64,000 bases of DNA from Gammaproteobacteria bacterium (GTDB lineage Bacteria > Pseudomonadota > Gammaproteobacteria > Burkholderiales > SHXO01): contig JBGPOV010000008.1 in NCBI GenBank assembly GCA_041488255.1, positions 2,485-66,484 on the forward strand. The letters run 5' to 3'. Positions 1-11,332 of the stretch are shown here, piece after piece; within the stretch, counting starts at the first letter, position 1, and each line of letters starts with the position of its first letter. The notes beneath the pieces were generated by a model. That model worked only from the letters and a program-made list of their open reading frames with translations, had not been told where the DNA came from and made no database searches. A program made the translations under genes and the position numbers.

Positions 1-182
1 TCGATGCGGAAAGGCAAGGCAACAGCCGTACGCTTGTCGGGCTGCGCGCGCGTTTGCGCAGTTTGAACCCGGACCTTTTCTCGCTATATATGGCGCGCCG
101 CACGGTGCGACACGGCTGAGGACGAATCGAAGCTTTTTGGGCGCGGCTCCATCAACGCAAGTTCAGCTACAATGCGCGCTCG

Positions 183-1007
183 ATGGATCTTACCCTTCTC
201 TTCGAGGCCCTCATCCTCGGTGTCGTCGAAGGCCTCACCGAGTTTCTTCCCATCTCGAGCACCGGCCATCTCATCCTGGCCGGCGACCTGCTCCATTTCA
301 ACGACGAGAAGGGCAAGATCTTCGAGATCGTCATCCAGTGCGGCGCGATACTGGCGGTGTGTTGGGAGTACCGTGCCAAGCTTATCTCCGCGGTCGCGGG
401 TCTCGGCAGCGATCGCGGCGCACAGCAGTTCGTACTCAATCTGACTGTCGCGTTCGCGCCAGTGGCGGTCCTGGGGCTGCTGTTCGGCAAGGCGATCAAG
501 GCCACCCTGTTCAAGCCCGTGCCGGTGGCGATCGCCTTCATCGTCGGCGCGTTCGTGATCTTGTGGGCGGAGCGTCGCGAACACCGCACGACGGTGCAGT
601 CGGTGGACGACATGACCTGGAAAGATGCGCTGAAGGTGGGCATCGCTCAATGCTTCGCGTTGATCCCGGGAACCTCGCGCGCCGGAGCCACGATCATCGG
701 CGGCTTGCTGTTTGGGCTGTCGCGCCGCGCGGCCACCGAGTTTTCCTTCTTCCTCGCGATCCCGGTCCTGTTCGCGGCTTCCGGATACGAGCTGTTCAAG
801 CACCGGGCGCTGTTCTCGAGCGCCGACCTGGGAATGTTTGGCGTCGGCTTTGCTGCCGCGTTTGTATCAGCGTTCTTTTGCGTGCGCTGGCTGCTGCGCT
901 ACATTAGCCGGCACGATTTCACCGTCTTCGCCTGGTACCGGATCGCGTTCGGCTTGATCGTGCTGGTCACCGCGTACACGCACCTCGTCGACTGGTCCGT
1001 CGATTAG
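183..1007 (+). CDS. uppP: undecaprenyl-diphosphate phosphatase (BacA/UppP)
   Basis: 274-aa polytopic membrane ORF. N-terminus [21 protein letters not shown] and internal [10 protein letters not shown] match UppP signature regions as I recall them. Confidence 0.9.
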   Translation: MDLTLLFEALILGVVEGLTEFLPISSTGHLILAGDLLHFNDEKGKIFEIVIQCGAILAVCWEYRAKLISAVAGLGSDRGAQQFVLNLTVAFAPVAVLGLLFGKAIKATLFKPVPVAIAFIVGAFVILWAERREHRTTVQSVDDMTWKDALKVGIAQCFALIPGTSRAGATIIGGLLFGLSRRAATEFSFFLAIPVLFAASGYELFKHRALFSSADLGMFGVGFAAAFVSAFFCVRWLLRYISRHDFTVFAWYRIAFGLIVLVTAYTHLVDWSVD

Positions 1008-1456
1008 CCCTGGGACCAGGGAAGCCCCGCGACACGCCAACCGCTAACGCTGTTGCGGCGGCCGTTCGCATCCTTCTTTCCTTCGAAGCCCTCGAGCACG
1101 TTGTAGCTCTGCGTGTAGCCCGCCGCTGCGGCCGCGGCCGCGGCGTGATGCGAGCGATTCCCGCTGCGGCAGATAAACATGACCAGCGATTCGGGATCGA
1201 CCTGCTTGCGCAGCTGTTCGACAAAGTAGGGGTTCAGCTTGCCGTCCGGATAGGACTCCCACTCGATCTCCACAGCACCCGGTATGCGTCCTACGTAGTC
1301 CCATTCGGCATGCGTGCGCACGTCGACGAGCTTGGCTGCAGGCGCCTTTTGCAACAACTCATAGGCCTCGGCCGGCAGCAGTTCGCCTTCGTATGAAAGC
1401 TTCTTCTGGGATCCGCGTGCCTCGGCAGCCGTAAGGATCTCGGAGATGGTTGACAT
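1004..1456 (-). CDS. rhodanese-domain sulfurtransferase
   Basis: Start trimmed to MSTISEIL (ATG at 1456). Rhodanese-like core with LVDVRT..EW and active-site loop FICRSGNRS. Its stop overlaps the uppP stop convergently. Confidence 0.75.
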   Translation of the reverse strand: MSTISEILTAAEARGSQKKLSYEGELLPAEAYELLQKAPAAKLVDVRTHAEWDYVGRIPGAVEIEWESYPDGKLNPYFVEQLRKQVDPESLVMFICRSGNRSHHAAAAAAAAGYTQSYNVLEGFEGKKDANGRRNSVSGWRVAGLPWSQG

Positions 1457-1581
1457 GGTGGTCTCCCGAAGATTTATCCAGCCGCACAGGAATCCTGCGT
1501 CAGGAAAACAAAGGTGTAGGTTGGCAGGTCCAGCTGGGGCGCGCAATTCCGGCCAAAGAGAAAAACGGGGCTCTGATATCA

Positions 1582-1598
1582 TGCACCAGCTCGGTGCG
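1582..1598. promoter_or_regulatory. candidate NtrC binding site upstream of glnA
   Basis: TGCACCAGCTCGGTGCG fits the TGCACC-N5-GGTGCA NtrC consensus (16/17) and lies ~100 bp upstream of the sigma54-like promoter. Confidence 0.6.
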
Positions 1599-1612
1599 AA
1601 CCATGATAATCG

Positions 1613-1629
1613 TGCACCAGGCTTGCGCA
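1613..1629. promoter_or_regulatory. second candidate NtrC binding site
   Basis: TGCACCAGGCTTGCGCA has a perfect left half-site and a degenerate right half. Its start is 31 bp (about three helical turns) from the start of site 1. Confidence 0.45.
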
Positions 1630-1691
1630 CGACATCCCGGCTTGGCTTCGTTAAGCGCTTGTATCATAATGGATTTTCGCCCAAAAACGCT

Positions 1692-1707
1692 GGGCACGCT
1701 TTCTGCT
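1692..1707 (+). promoter_or_regulatory. sigma54 (-24/-12) promoter of glnA
   Basis: GGGCACGCTTTCTGCT has GG-N10-GC spacing and a GGCACG-N4-CTGCT match to TGGCACG-N4-TTGCW. It sits ~60 bp upstream of the glnA ATG. Confidence 0.6.
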
Positions 1708-1769
1708 AAAACCGGTTGCGTTTCCTCGTCTAGGATTCAATAACTATTTCTTTTGCTAGGAGAAACAAG

Positions 1770-3182
1770 ATGACGACGGCCACCGACGTAATGAAGACGG
1801 TCAAGGACAACGAAGTCAAGTTCGTTGACTTTCGGTTCACCGATACCCGCGGCAAAGAGCAGCACGTCTCGGTTCCCGTCAAGGCCTTCGGCTTGCACAA
1901 ATTCGAAGATGGACACGCCTTCGATGGATCTTCGATCGCCGGGTGGAAGGGCATCCAGGATTCCGACATGCTGCTCATGCCCGACCCCGCTACGGCCCGC
2001 ATGGATCCGTTCACCGACGAGCCTACGCTGATCCTGACCTGCGACGTGGTTCAACCCACCGATGGCAAGGGCTATGACCGCGACCCGCGCTCCATCGCGA
2101 AGCGCGCCGAGGCCTATCTCAAGTCCACCGGCCTGGGCGACACCGCGTATTTCGGCCCCGAGCCGGAGTTCTTCATCTTCGACTCGGTGACCTGGAATGT
2201 CGACATGTCCGGCTGCTCGGTGAGGATCGTCTCGGAAGAGGCGCCCTGGTCCTCGGGTCTGGAACTGGAGGGCGGCAACAAGGGCCACCGAGCCCCTATC
2301 AAGGGCGGGTACTTCCCGGTACCGCCGGTAGATTCGCTGCAGGATATCCGCTCCGCGATCTGCCTGGCGCTCGAAGAGCAGGGTGTGGAAGTCGAAGTGC
2401 ATCACCACGAAGTGGCTGCCGCCGGCCAGAACGAGATAGGGACCAAGTACGCTCCGCTGGTCACACGCGCCGACTGGATGCAGATCCTGAAGTACACGGT
2501 GCACAACGTTGCCCACTCCTACGGCAAGACCGCCACCTTCATGGCCAAGCCCATCGTCGGCGACAACGGCTCCGGCATGCATGTCCATCAGTCGATCTGG
2601 AAGGGCGGCGAGAACCTGTTCGCCGGGAACGGCTATGCCGGGCTGTCTGAGTTCGCGCTGTACTACATCGGCGGCATTATCAAGCACGCGCGGACGCTCA
2701 ATGCCATCACTAACCCCGGCACCAACTCCTACAAGCGTTTGGTCCCGGGCTTCGAGGCTCCGATCAACCTGGCTTACTCCGCGCGCAACCGTTCGGCCGC
2801 CGTGCGTATCCCGTACGTCTCCAGCCCCAAGGCACGGCGCGCCGAGGTGCGCTTCCCGGACCCGACCACGAACCCTTACCTCGCCTTCACTGCCATGATG
2901 ATGGCCGGCCTGGACGGTGTGCAGAACAAGATCCACCCAGGCGACCCGGTAGACAAGAACCTGTACGACCTCCCGCCGGAAGAGGCCAAGAAGATCCCCA
3001 ACGTGTGCGCCTCGCTGGAGCAGGCGCTCGAGTACCTGGACAAGGGTCGCGAGTTCCTCACCCGCGGCGGTGTGTTCTCCAACGACATGCTCGACGCCTA
3101 CATCGACCTGAAAATGGAGGAGGTCACGAACTTCCGCATGACCACCCATCCGATCGAGTTCGCGATGTACTACAGCCTCTGA
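1770..3182 (+). CDS. glnA: glutamine synthetase type I
   Basis: 470-aa ORF with GSI motifs DGSSIAGW and [16 protein letters not shown], plus the adenylylation-site context [10 protein letters not shown]. Confidence 0.97.
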   Translation: MTTATDVMKTVKDNEVKFVDFRFTDTRGKEQHVSVPVKAFGLHKFEDGHAFDGSSIAGWKGIQDSDMLLMPDPATARMDPFTDEPTLILTCDVVQPTDGKGYDRDPRSIAKRAEAYLKSTGLGDTAYFGPEPEFFIFDSVTWNVDMSGCSVRIVSEEAPWSSGLELEGGNKGHRAPIKGGYFPVPPVDSLQDIRSAICLALEEQGVEVEVHHHEVAAAGQNEIGTKYAPLVTRADWMQILKYTVHNVAHSYGKTATFMAKPIVGDNGSGMHVHQSIWKGGENLFAGNGYAGLSEFALYYIGGIIKHARTLNAITNPGTNSYKRLVPGFEAPINLAYSARNRSAAVRIPYVSSPKARRAEVRFPDPTTNPYLAFTAMMMAGLDGVQNKIHPGDPVDKNLYDLPPEEAKKIPNVCASLEQALEYLDKGREFLTRGGVFSNDMLDAYIDLKMEEVTNFRMTTHPIEFAMYYSL

Positions 3183-3205
3183 TCCTTGCGGAAGCGTTGG
3201 GCGAC

Positions 3206-3236
3206 GGGGCGGGCCGTTCCCGCCCCTCGTTGTTTT
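3206..3236 (+). terminator. rho-independent terminator after glnA
   Basis: Perfect 8-bp GC stem GGGGCGGG/CCCGCCCC with a 5-nt loop, followed by TCGTTGTTTTCG. Confidence 0.65.
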
Positions 3237-3338
3237 CGACGCGGGAGCGCAGATTGATTACCCGGTACGGCTGTCATAGACTGCGGCGCAGTGGCATGCT
3301 GCACGCCCGATGGTCAGATCCAACCGCAATCCGCCATG

Positions 3339-3806
3339 CGCTGCCTGTTCGCACTGCTCATTCTTTGGCTCTCCGCCGCACCCGCCCTGGCCGACACTTG
3401 CAAGTATGTCGACAAGGAGGGGCGCACCATCTACTCCAACGTCCCGATCAAAAACGCACGCAAGCTCACCTGCTTCCAGGAGCCCGCGCCGCCGCCCGAG
3501 CCGAGCAAAGCCCGCGCGGAGGGGCCGTCGGCCGGCGCCAGCGACGCGGGCCAGAAACGGGTCGAGCCCAGCACGCAGCGCAGACGAGACGACGATCGAC
3601 GCAAGATCCTGGAAGACGAGCTCGCGCGCGAGCAGAGGGCGCTCGAAGACGCAAAGAAGGCTCTAGGCGAGCAGCGGGCACAGCGCACCGGCGACGAGCG
3701 CAACTACGCCCGGGCTCAGGAGCGCCTCAAGCCGTTCGAAGAAGCGGTCACCCTGCACGAAAAGAACATCTCCTCGATCAGGCAAGAGCTTGTGAACCTA
3801 AAGTAA
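3339..3806 (+). CDS. DUF4124-like secreted protein
   Basis: Start trimmed to MRCLFALLILWLSAAPALA (signal peptide). The motif CKYVDKEGRTIYSNVP is followed by a charged coiled-coil-like tail. It lies between glnA and ntrB. Confidence 0.65.
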   Translation, partial: RCLFALLILWLSAAPALADTCKYVDKEGRTIYSNVPIKNARKLTCFQEPAPPPEPSKARAEGPSAGASDAGQKRVEPSTQRRRDDDRRKILEDELAREQRALEDAKKALGEQRAQRTGDERNYARAQERLKPFEEAVTLHEKNISSIRQELVNLK

Positions 3807-3983
3807 CGCGCCCGCTTTGCTCCCAGGCCGGCCCCGGGGTGCGTGCTCTAGCGTGCTTGAGTCGCTCCAACCTTTCCCCTGCCTGCGTTTTTCTTTGTGC
3901 GCAGCACAATCCTTTGGCTCAATGGATTGTCTGTATATGAGGCCACCGGTCCCTTATCGGGCGCTGCGGTGCAAAATAGTAAG

Positions 3984-5096
3984 ATGAAACAAGGCAGATC
4001 GCTGCTCGCGAACTTTCTGTCGGCGGGGGCCGGGCCGTGGGACAAGCAGTTCCGCTCCACGGGGCTGGATGCCCTGGCAGCGGCCGTCATTTACCTCCGG
4101 CGTGACCTGACGGTGCTGTACGCAAACCCGGCGGCGGAGAATCTGTTCAAGTTCAGCAGCCGGAACATCGTGGGCCATCGCCTCACGGAGGTTTTCCCCG
4201 ACGACTCTCTACTGACGGCGGCCATCCACCACGCCGCGGAGCGCAACTGCAGCTACCTGCAGCACGAGCTGAACCTCACCACGGCCGCGCAGGAAAAATT
4301 CGACGTGAGTTGCACCGTGACACCGGCCGAGATCGACGGCGTGGACGGCTACCTCCTCGAGTTCAACGAACTGCACCAACAGCTGCGCATGGCCCGCGAG
4401 GAGCGGATGCACGAGCATACAGAGGCCAGCCGGTGGCTCATCCGCAACCTGGCACACGAAATCAAGAACCCGCTGGGAGGCCTGCGCGGCGCGGCACAGC
4501 TCCTCGAACGGGAGCTCGAGCGCCCCGAGCTGACCGAGTACACCCAAGTCATCATGAAGGAGGCCGATCGGCTGCAGAGGCTGATGGACCGCCTGCTCAC
4601 TCCACAGCGCCCGCCCCAGCTCGCCCCACTCAATATCCACGAGGCCGTGGAGCGCGTGCGCAGCCTGGTGCTCGCCGAGTTCCCCGAGGGCATCCGCATC
4701 TCTCGCGAGTATGACGTAAGCCTGCCAATGGTCGAGGCCGACAGGGAGCAGATCATCCAGGCCCTGCTCAACATCGTACGCAACGCGGCTCAGGCGTTGA
4801 AGGGCAGCGGCGACATCGTGCTGGGCACGCGCGTTGCCCGCCAAGTCACGCTCGCCCGCAGGCTCAATCGCCTGGGCGTGATGATCGAGGTCATCGACAA
4901 TGGACCGGGCGTGCCGGAGGAACTGCGCGACAAGATCTTTTTCCCTCTGGTATCGGGCCGCGAAGGCGGAACCGGCCTGGGATTGACGCTGGCCCAGAAC
5001 CTGATCAGCCAGCACCAGGGTGCAATCGAGCTGGAGAGCGAGCCGGGCCGGACCTGCTTCACCATTGTGCTGCCGCTGCACCCCGGCAGCGCGTAA
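3984..5096 (+). CDS. glnL: nitrogen regulation sensor histidine kinase NtrB
   Basis: PAS-like N-terminus, H-box LAHEIKNPLGGLRGAAQLL, N-box NIVRNAAQAL and G-box GTGLGL. The start is uncertain: the ORF opens at 3897 and MKQ at 3984 was chosen. Confidence 0.85.
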   Translation: MKQGRSLLANFLSAGAGPWDKQFRSTGLDALAAAVIYLRRDLTVLYANPAAENLFKFSSRNIVGHRLTEVFPDDSLLTAAIHHAAERNCSYLQHELNLTTAAQEKFDVSCTVTPAEIDGVDGYLLEFNELHQQLRMAREERMHEHTEASRWLIRNLAHEIKNPLGGLRGAAQLLERELERPELTEYTQVIMKEADRLQRLMDRLLTPQRPPQLAPLNIHEAVERVRSLVLAEFPEGIRISREYDVSLPMVEADREQIIQALLNIVRNAAQALKGSGDIVLGTRVARQVTLARRLNRLGVMIEVIDNGPGVPEELRDKIFFPLVSGREGGTGLGLTLAQNLISQHQGAIELESEPGRTCFTIVLPLHPGSA

Positions 5097-5131
5097 GCGC
5101 AACGCAGCCAGGGCAACCGCTGGAAGAGACC

Positions 5132-6538
<1,407 letters not shown>

Positions 6539-6561
6539 GCCGGGGTTCGCCCTGCAATCCC

Positions 6562-7326
6562 TCACTCGAGCTCGGTGACCACCGGCGCGTGATCCGAGGG
6601 CCGCTCGAGCGCGCGCATGTCCTTGTCGATGCGGCTGGCGCGCGCACGGCCAGCGAGCTCTTGGCTGAGCAGAATGTGGTCGATGCGCAGGCCGAGGTTA
6701 CGCTTGAACGCGTTCATCCGGTAGTCCCACCAGCTGAACGACTTGTCCGGCTGCTCGAACAGACGGAAGCTGTCCTTGAGGCCCAGGCCCAGCAGGCCGT
6801 GGAACGCGGCGCGCTCCGGTGCGCTGAAGAGCACCTTGCCTTCCCATAGCCTGGGATCGTGCACGTCGCGTTCTTCCGGCGCGATGTTGTAGTCGCCGAG
6901 CAGCGCGAGCTGCGGGTGGCGCTCCAGCTCGTGCTTGAGCCACTGCTGCAAAGCCGCGAGCCACGAGAGCTTGTAGCGATACTTTTCCGACTCCACGCTC
7001 TCGCCGTTCGGCACGTACACGGAGATGACGCGCACCCCGTCCACCGTCGCCGCCAGCACCCGTTTTTGCTCATCTGCGAAGCTCGGCATGGCGCTGACCG
7101 TCTCGCTCACGGGAACGCGTGTGAGGATGGCCACGCCGTTATAGGTTTTCTGCCCGGTGAACAGCGACTGGTAGCCCGCCTGCTGCAGCTCCTGCACCGG
7201 AAAGTTCGCATCCTCAGTCTTGGTCTCCTGCAGGCAGACCACGTCCGGCCGCTCGCGGCCAACCCAGTCCAGCAGGTGCGGCAGGCGCACCTTGAGGGAG
7301 TTGACGTTCCAGGTGGCGAGCTTCAC
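6562..7326 (-). CDS. xthA: exodeoxyribonuclease III
   Basis: Start trimmed to GTG at 7326 (VKLATWNVNSLKVR, the typical ExoIII N-terminus). C-terminal SDHAPV motif. The upstream Arg/Pro-rich extension of the ORF looks like an artefact. Confidence 0.9.
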   Translation of the reverse strand: MKLATWNVNSLKVRLPHLLDWVGRERPDVVCLQETKTEDANFPVQELQQAGYQSLFTGQKTYNGVAILTRVPVSETVSAMPSFADEQKRVLAATVDGVRVISVYVPNGESVESEKYRYKLSWLAALQQWLKHELERHPQLALLGDYNIAPEERDVHDPRLWEGKVLFSAPERAAFHGLLGLGLKDSFRLFEQPDKSFSWWDYRMNAFKRNLGLRIDHILLSQELAGRARASRIDKDMRALERPSDHAPVVTELE

Positions 7327-7351
7327 CAGACCGGGGCCTGGCGACTGACGG

Positions 7352-7930
7352 CTACTGGCGCGCGGGGTCAGGCGCCCCGTTCTGCGCAGGCGGCTCGGCC
7401 GGGGGCGCTGCCGGCCTTGCCTCCGCCTGGGCCGGCTTCGGAGCAGCGGTCGCTGTGCGCGCCGGTGCCACTGGCCACTTGGGGTAGCCCGCGGCGTCGA
7501 GCACATTGTTCCAGTTGCCTTCCTCATAACCGCGTACCACCTGCGTGCCGAGCTTCATCACCGGCACCTCGAGCTTGCCCCCGTTCAGCGCCCTCAACTC
7601 CTCGCCCACGGCCGAGTCGCGCGCGTTCTTCTCGGTAAACGGGACGCCGCGCTGGCTGAGCAGCGCCGAGGCCCTGCTGCAGGCGTCGCCGCAGTCGGTG
7701 TTATACAGCGTGACCGGGAAGTTCTTGACCGCCTGCTGGAGTGCATAGGGCACCGTCGCATCCGTGGGCTGGTCGCCGAACTTCTTGCGCTCGGTCGTCT
7801 TCGCCTCTGGCGGCGGGGGCTGATCGGTGTAGTGCACCTCACCGTTCTTGTCGACCCACTTGTAAAGCTTGCCCGCAGCCGCCGGGCCGATGGCCAGCAT
7901 CAAAGCGATGATCAATGCCAGAGTTTTCAT
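7352..7930 (-). CDS. DUF4124 + glutaredoxin-like fusion protein
   Basis: Signal peptide MKTLALIIALMLAIGPAAA and DUF4124-like KLYKWVDKNGEVHYTD. A thioredoxin-fold-like segment follows (VTLYNTDCGDACSRASALLSQRGVPFTE..VPVMKLG), then a Pro/Ala-rich tail. Confidence 0.7.
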   Translation of the reverse strand: MKTLALIIALMLAIGPAAAGKLYKWVDKNGEVHYTDQPPPPEAKTTERKKFGDQPTDATVPYALQQAVKNFPVTLYNTDCGDACSRASALLSQRGVPFTEKNARDSAVGEELRALNGGKLEVPVMKLGTQVVRGYEEGNWNNVLDAAGYPKWPVAPARTATAAPKPAQAEARPAAPPAEPPAQNGAPDPARQ

Positions 7931-7965
7931 GTCCAATCTCCATGCCGTGCCGTGACAGGGAGGAC

Positions 7966-10017
7966 CTAAGCAACGGCCATGCCGCTGTGACGTAACAGCG
8001 CATCGATGTTCGGCTCCCGTCCCCGGAAGGCGACAAACGATTCCAGCGCGGGACGGCTGCCGCCCACGCCCAGGATTTCGCGCCGGAACCGCTCGCCGGC
8101 CTCGGGATTGAGCACACCCAGCTCCTCGAACAGGCCGTAGGCGTCCGCCGACAACACTTCGGCCCACTTGTAGCTGTAGTACCCCGCGGCGTACCCGCCG
8201 GCGAAGATGTGGGAGAAGTTGTTCGGGAAGCGGTTGTACACGGGCGGGAACACCACCGCGACCTGGTTGCGCACGCGCTCCAGAAGCTGCAGCGGAGCAA
8301 CTGCACCTGCGGGGTCGTGGTCGAAATGCAGGTGCATGTCAAACAGCGCGAACTCCAGCTGGCGCACGAACTGCAGGCCGCTCTGGAAGTTCTTGGCGGC
8401 GAGCATCTTGTCGAACAACTCCCGCGGCACAGCTTCTCCCGTCTCGAGGTGCGCGCTCATACCGCGGACGACTTCCCATTCCCAGCAGAAGTTTTCCATG
8501 AACTGGCTAGGCAGCTCCACCGCGTCCCATTCCACGCCATTGATGCCCGACACGCCGCGCTGCTCCACCCGTGTCAGCAGATGGTGCAGGCCGTGCCCGA
8601 ACTCGTGGAACAGCGTGATGACCTCGTTGTGCGTGAACAGCGCCGGTTTGCCGCCGACCGGCGGCGAGAAGTTGCAGTTGAGGTAGGCCACCGGCGTCTG
8701 GATACCGCCGCGCGCGCGCTTGCGGGCGATCGCATCGTCCATCCAGGCGCCGCCGCGTTTCGACGGGCGCGCGAACAAGTCGACATAGAACTGCCCGATC
8801 AGGGCGCCCTCGGGGGCGCCGGCGTCGCTCCGGTCGTAGATGTCGAAGAAGCGCACGTCCGGGTGCCAGGTCCGGGCCTGGCTGGGGGCGATCGAGATGC
8901 CGTACAAGGTCTCGACCAGCCGGAACATGCCGGGCAGCACCTGCGTCTCCGGGAAGTACTGCTTCACCTCCTGCTCGGAGAAGGCGTAGCGCTCCAGGCG
9001 CAGCTTCTCGGAGGCCCACGCGATGTCCCAGGCCTCGAGCTTGGTCAGCTCGAGGTGCTCGCGTCCGAACTGCGACAGCTCCTCGAACTCGCGCTGCGCG
9101 AAAGGCCTGACGCGCTGCGCCAGGTCAGTCAGAAAGGTGAGGACCTGGGCCGGGGACTTGGCCATCTTCGGTTCCAGCGAAACCTCCGCGTAGCTCGCGT
9201 AGCCGAGCAGCGAGGCCAGCCTGCGCCGCAACCTGAGGATCTCGTCGATGAGCGGTGCGTTGTCCCACTCGGCGTTGCCGAACTCTGCCGCCCGCGTGAC
9301 GTATGCACGGTACATCAGCTCGCGCAGCGGGCGGCTGTCGGCGTACTGCATCACGGGCAGGTAGGAAGGCATGTGCAGCGTGAGCTTCCAACCGTCCATC
9401 CCGTCGCCTCGCGCGGCCTCGCGCGCTGCCTCCACCACGTCTTCCGGGATGCCCGCCAGCTCGCCTCGATCGGTCACGTGATGCGCAAAGGCGTTGGTTG
9501 CGTCCAGCAGGTTGTCGTTGAAGCGGGAGGAGAGCTTGTCGAGCTGGCTGCGGACCTGCTTGAACTCGGCCTTATCACCCGCGGGCAGCTCGGCGCCGCC
9601 CAGGCGGAAGTCGCGCAGCTCGTTTTCGACGATCTTCCTCTGTTCACGCGTGAGACGGTCGAATCCGGGCGCCGTGCGCAGCGCCTTGAACTTCGCGTAC
9701 AGCCGCTCGTCCTGGGACAGCTCGGTGTAGTACTGGCTGATGCGCGGCAGGTTGGCGTTGTAGACTTCGCGCAATGGCGGACTGTTCATCACCGCGTTGA
9801 GGTGCGCCACCTGGCCCCAGGCGCGCGACAGCCGCTCGTTGGCGTCGTCCAGCGGTGCCACGAAGCCGTCCCAGGTGGGCTCTCCGGCTGCGGTGGCAAC
9901 GCGCTCCACCAGGTCGCGGTTTTCCTGCAGCAGCTGATCCAGCGCGGGGGTGACGTGCTCCGGCCCGATCTCGGCAAACCGGGGCAGTCCCGAGAAATCG
10001 AGCAGCGGGTTGGTCAC
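7966..10017 (-). CDS. prlC: oligopeptidase A (M3 metallopeptidase)
   Basis: 683-aa ORF with zinc motif FHEFGHGLHH. Length is typical for the M3 family. Confidence 0.92.
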   Translation of the reverse strand: MTNPLLDFSGLPRFAEIGPEHVTPALDQLLQENRDLVERVATAAGEPTWDGFVAPLDDANERLSRAWGQVAHLNAVMNSPPLREVYNANLPRISQYYTELSQDERLYAKFKALRTAPGFDRLTREQRKIVENELRDFRLGGAELPAGDKAEFKQVRSQLDKLSSRFNDNLLDATNAFAHHVTDRGELAGIPEDVVEAAREAARGDGMDGWKLTLHMPSYLPVMQYADSRPLRELMYRAYVTRAAEFGNAEWDNAPLIDEILRLRRRLASLLGYASYAEVSLEPKMAKSPAQVLTFLTDLAQRVRPFAQREFEELSQFGREHLELTKLEAWDIAWASEKLRLERYAFSEQEVKQYFPETQVLPGMFRLVETLYGISIAPSQARTWHPDVRFFDIYDRSDAGAPEGALIGQFYVDLFARPSKRGGAWMDDAIARKRARGGIQTPVAYLNCNFSPPVGGKPALFTHNEVITLFHEFGHGLHHLLTRVEQRGVSGINGVEWDAVELPSQFMENFCWEWEVVRGMSAHLETGEAVPRELFDKMLAAKNFQSGLQFVRQLEFALFDMHLHFDHDPAGAVAPLQLLERVRNQVAVVFPPVYNRFPNNFSHIFAGGYAAGYYSYKWAEVLSADAYGLFEELGVLNPEAGERFRREILGVGGSRPALESFVAFRGREPNIDALLRHSGMAVA

Positions 10018-10029
10018 TCGAGAAGCCTG

Positions 10030-11259
10030 TCAGTGCGAAGACGATGCGTCGAACACGATCTGGCCGTTCACCAGCGCGTAGCGTACCCGGCCCTGCACTT
10101 CCATCCCGAGCAGCGGGGTGTTCTTGCCTTGACTGTGCAAGGCTTGCGGCTCCACCCGCCACCAGGCCTCGGGGTCGAACACGCACAGGTCCGCGATCTG
10201 CCCGGGAGCGATAGCTCCGCCCGGCAGGCCGAGCACGCGCAAAGGCTCGGTGGTGACCCGGGCGAGCGCAGCGGGCAGCGGGATGCGCGCCTCGCGCGCC
10301 CATTTCAAGGTCAATGGGAGCAGCAGCTCGAGCCCGGTTGCGCCCGGTTCCGCTTCCGCAAACGGCACCTGCTTGCCGTCCTCATCCACCGGGGTGTGGT
10401 CGGAGCAGATGGCGTCGATCGTGCCGTCGGCCAGCCCAGCGCGCAGCGCATCCCGGTCGCGCGGATCGCGCAGCGGAGGTATCAGGTTGCAGTTGGAATC
10501 GAAGTATCCGATGTCCATGTCGCTCAGGTGCACGTGGTAAGCGGCCACGTCGCAGGTGACCGGCATGCGCGCGCGCTTGGCTTGGCGCACCATCTCCACA
10601 CCCTCGGCGCTTGACAACCGGCAAAGATGGACGCGCGCACCGGTTTCCCGGACCAGGATAAGAATGGCGGACAGGGCGACGGTCTCGGCACACACCGGGA
10701 TGCCGGCCAAACCCAGCCGCGTCGCCACCTCACCATCATGGGCCACGCCGCCCCGCGACAACGTGGCGTCCTGCGGGCGCAACCACACTGCGAACCCGAA
10801 AGTCGTCGCGTATTCCAGCGAGCGCAGCAGCACCTGATTGTCGGTCAGGGTGACACCCGGTTGGCTGAAGGCGACGCAGCCGGCATCGTGCAGCTCCGCC
10901 ATCTCGGTGAGCCGTTCGCCTTTGAGCCCCTGCGTCAACGCGCCTAACGGGTAAACCCGCGCCTGGTTGAGGCTGCGAGCGCGGAACTTGAGCATCTCTA
11001 CCAGTCCGGGCTCGTCCAGCGGAGGGTCCGTGTCGGGCGGGCAGACCAGGCTGGTGACCCCGCCGGCCGCCGCGGCCTGCATCTCGCTCTCGAGCGTCGC
11101 CTTGTACTCGAGGCCGGGCTCGCGCAGGCGGGCCGAGAGATCCACGAGTCCCGGCGATACCGCCAGGCCAGAGGCGTCCAGCACGCGGTCAGGCTTGTAC
11201 CCCCCCGGGGCGGCACCGACAGCTGCGATCTTGCCCTCGGCGATGAACAGATCCTGCAC
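10030..11259 (-). CDS. dihydroorotase-like, probably non-catalytic PyrC' subunit
   Basis: 409-aa amidohydrolase-fold ORF directly downstream of pyrB. Where catalytic DHOases have D-x-H-x-H-x-R-E/D-P-G, this ORF reads VDLSARLREPG, so both His are absent. Confidence 0.85.
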   Translation of the reverse strand: MQDLFIAEGKIAAVGAAPGGYKPDRVLDASGLAVSPGLVDLSARLREPGLEYKATLESEMQAAAAGGVTSLVCPPDTDPPLDEPGLVEMLKFRARSLNQARVYPLGALTQGLKGERLTEMAELHDAGCVAFSQPGVTLTDNQVLLRSLEYATTFGFAVWLRPQDATLSRGGVAHDGEVATRLGLAGIPVCAETVALSAILILVRETGARVHLCRLSSAEGVEMVRQAKRARMPVTCDVAAYHVHLSDMDIGYFDSNCNLIPPLRDPRDRDALRAGLADGTIDAICSDHTPVDEDGKQVPFAEAEPGATGLELLLPLTLKWAREARIPLPAALARVTTEPLRVLGLPGGAIAPGQIADLCVFDPEAWWRVEPQALHSQGKNTPLLGMEVQGRVRYALVNGQIVFDASSSH

Positions 11260-11332
11260 ACGCTCGCTGCCGGCGGCCGGGTCGATGAGCTTCCCGTTCT
11301 TGATTTGAATCTTGATGTGGAAGCCTTGCGAT

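Noticed and set aside
1737-3149. 470-aa ORF antisense to glnA. Similar very long antisense or out-of-frame ORFs occur at 8209-10614 (801 aa, opposite prlC/pyrC'), 11312-12589, 47776-48906, 56774-57838 and 62545-63924.
   Set aside because: Each lies exactly opposite a gene with strong family motifs. Their translations are Arg/Gly/Ala/His-rich and low in complexity, with no recognisable domain. Long stop-free antisense frames are expected at ~65% GC. I saw no independent evidence (SD, coupling, motifs) for any of them.
3915-3930. TGGCTCAATGGATTGT upstream of ntrB looked like a sigma54 -24/-12 element.
   Set aside because: The spacing is one base too long (GG-N11) and the -12 element is GT instead of GC, so it is not a credible match.
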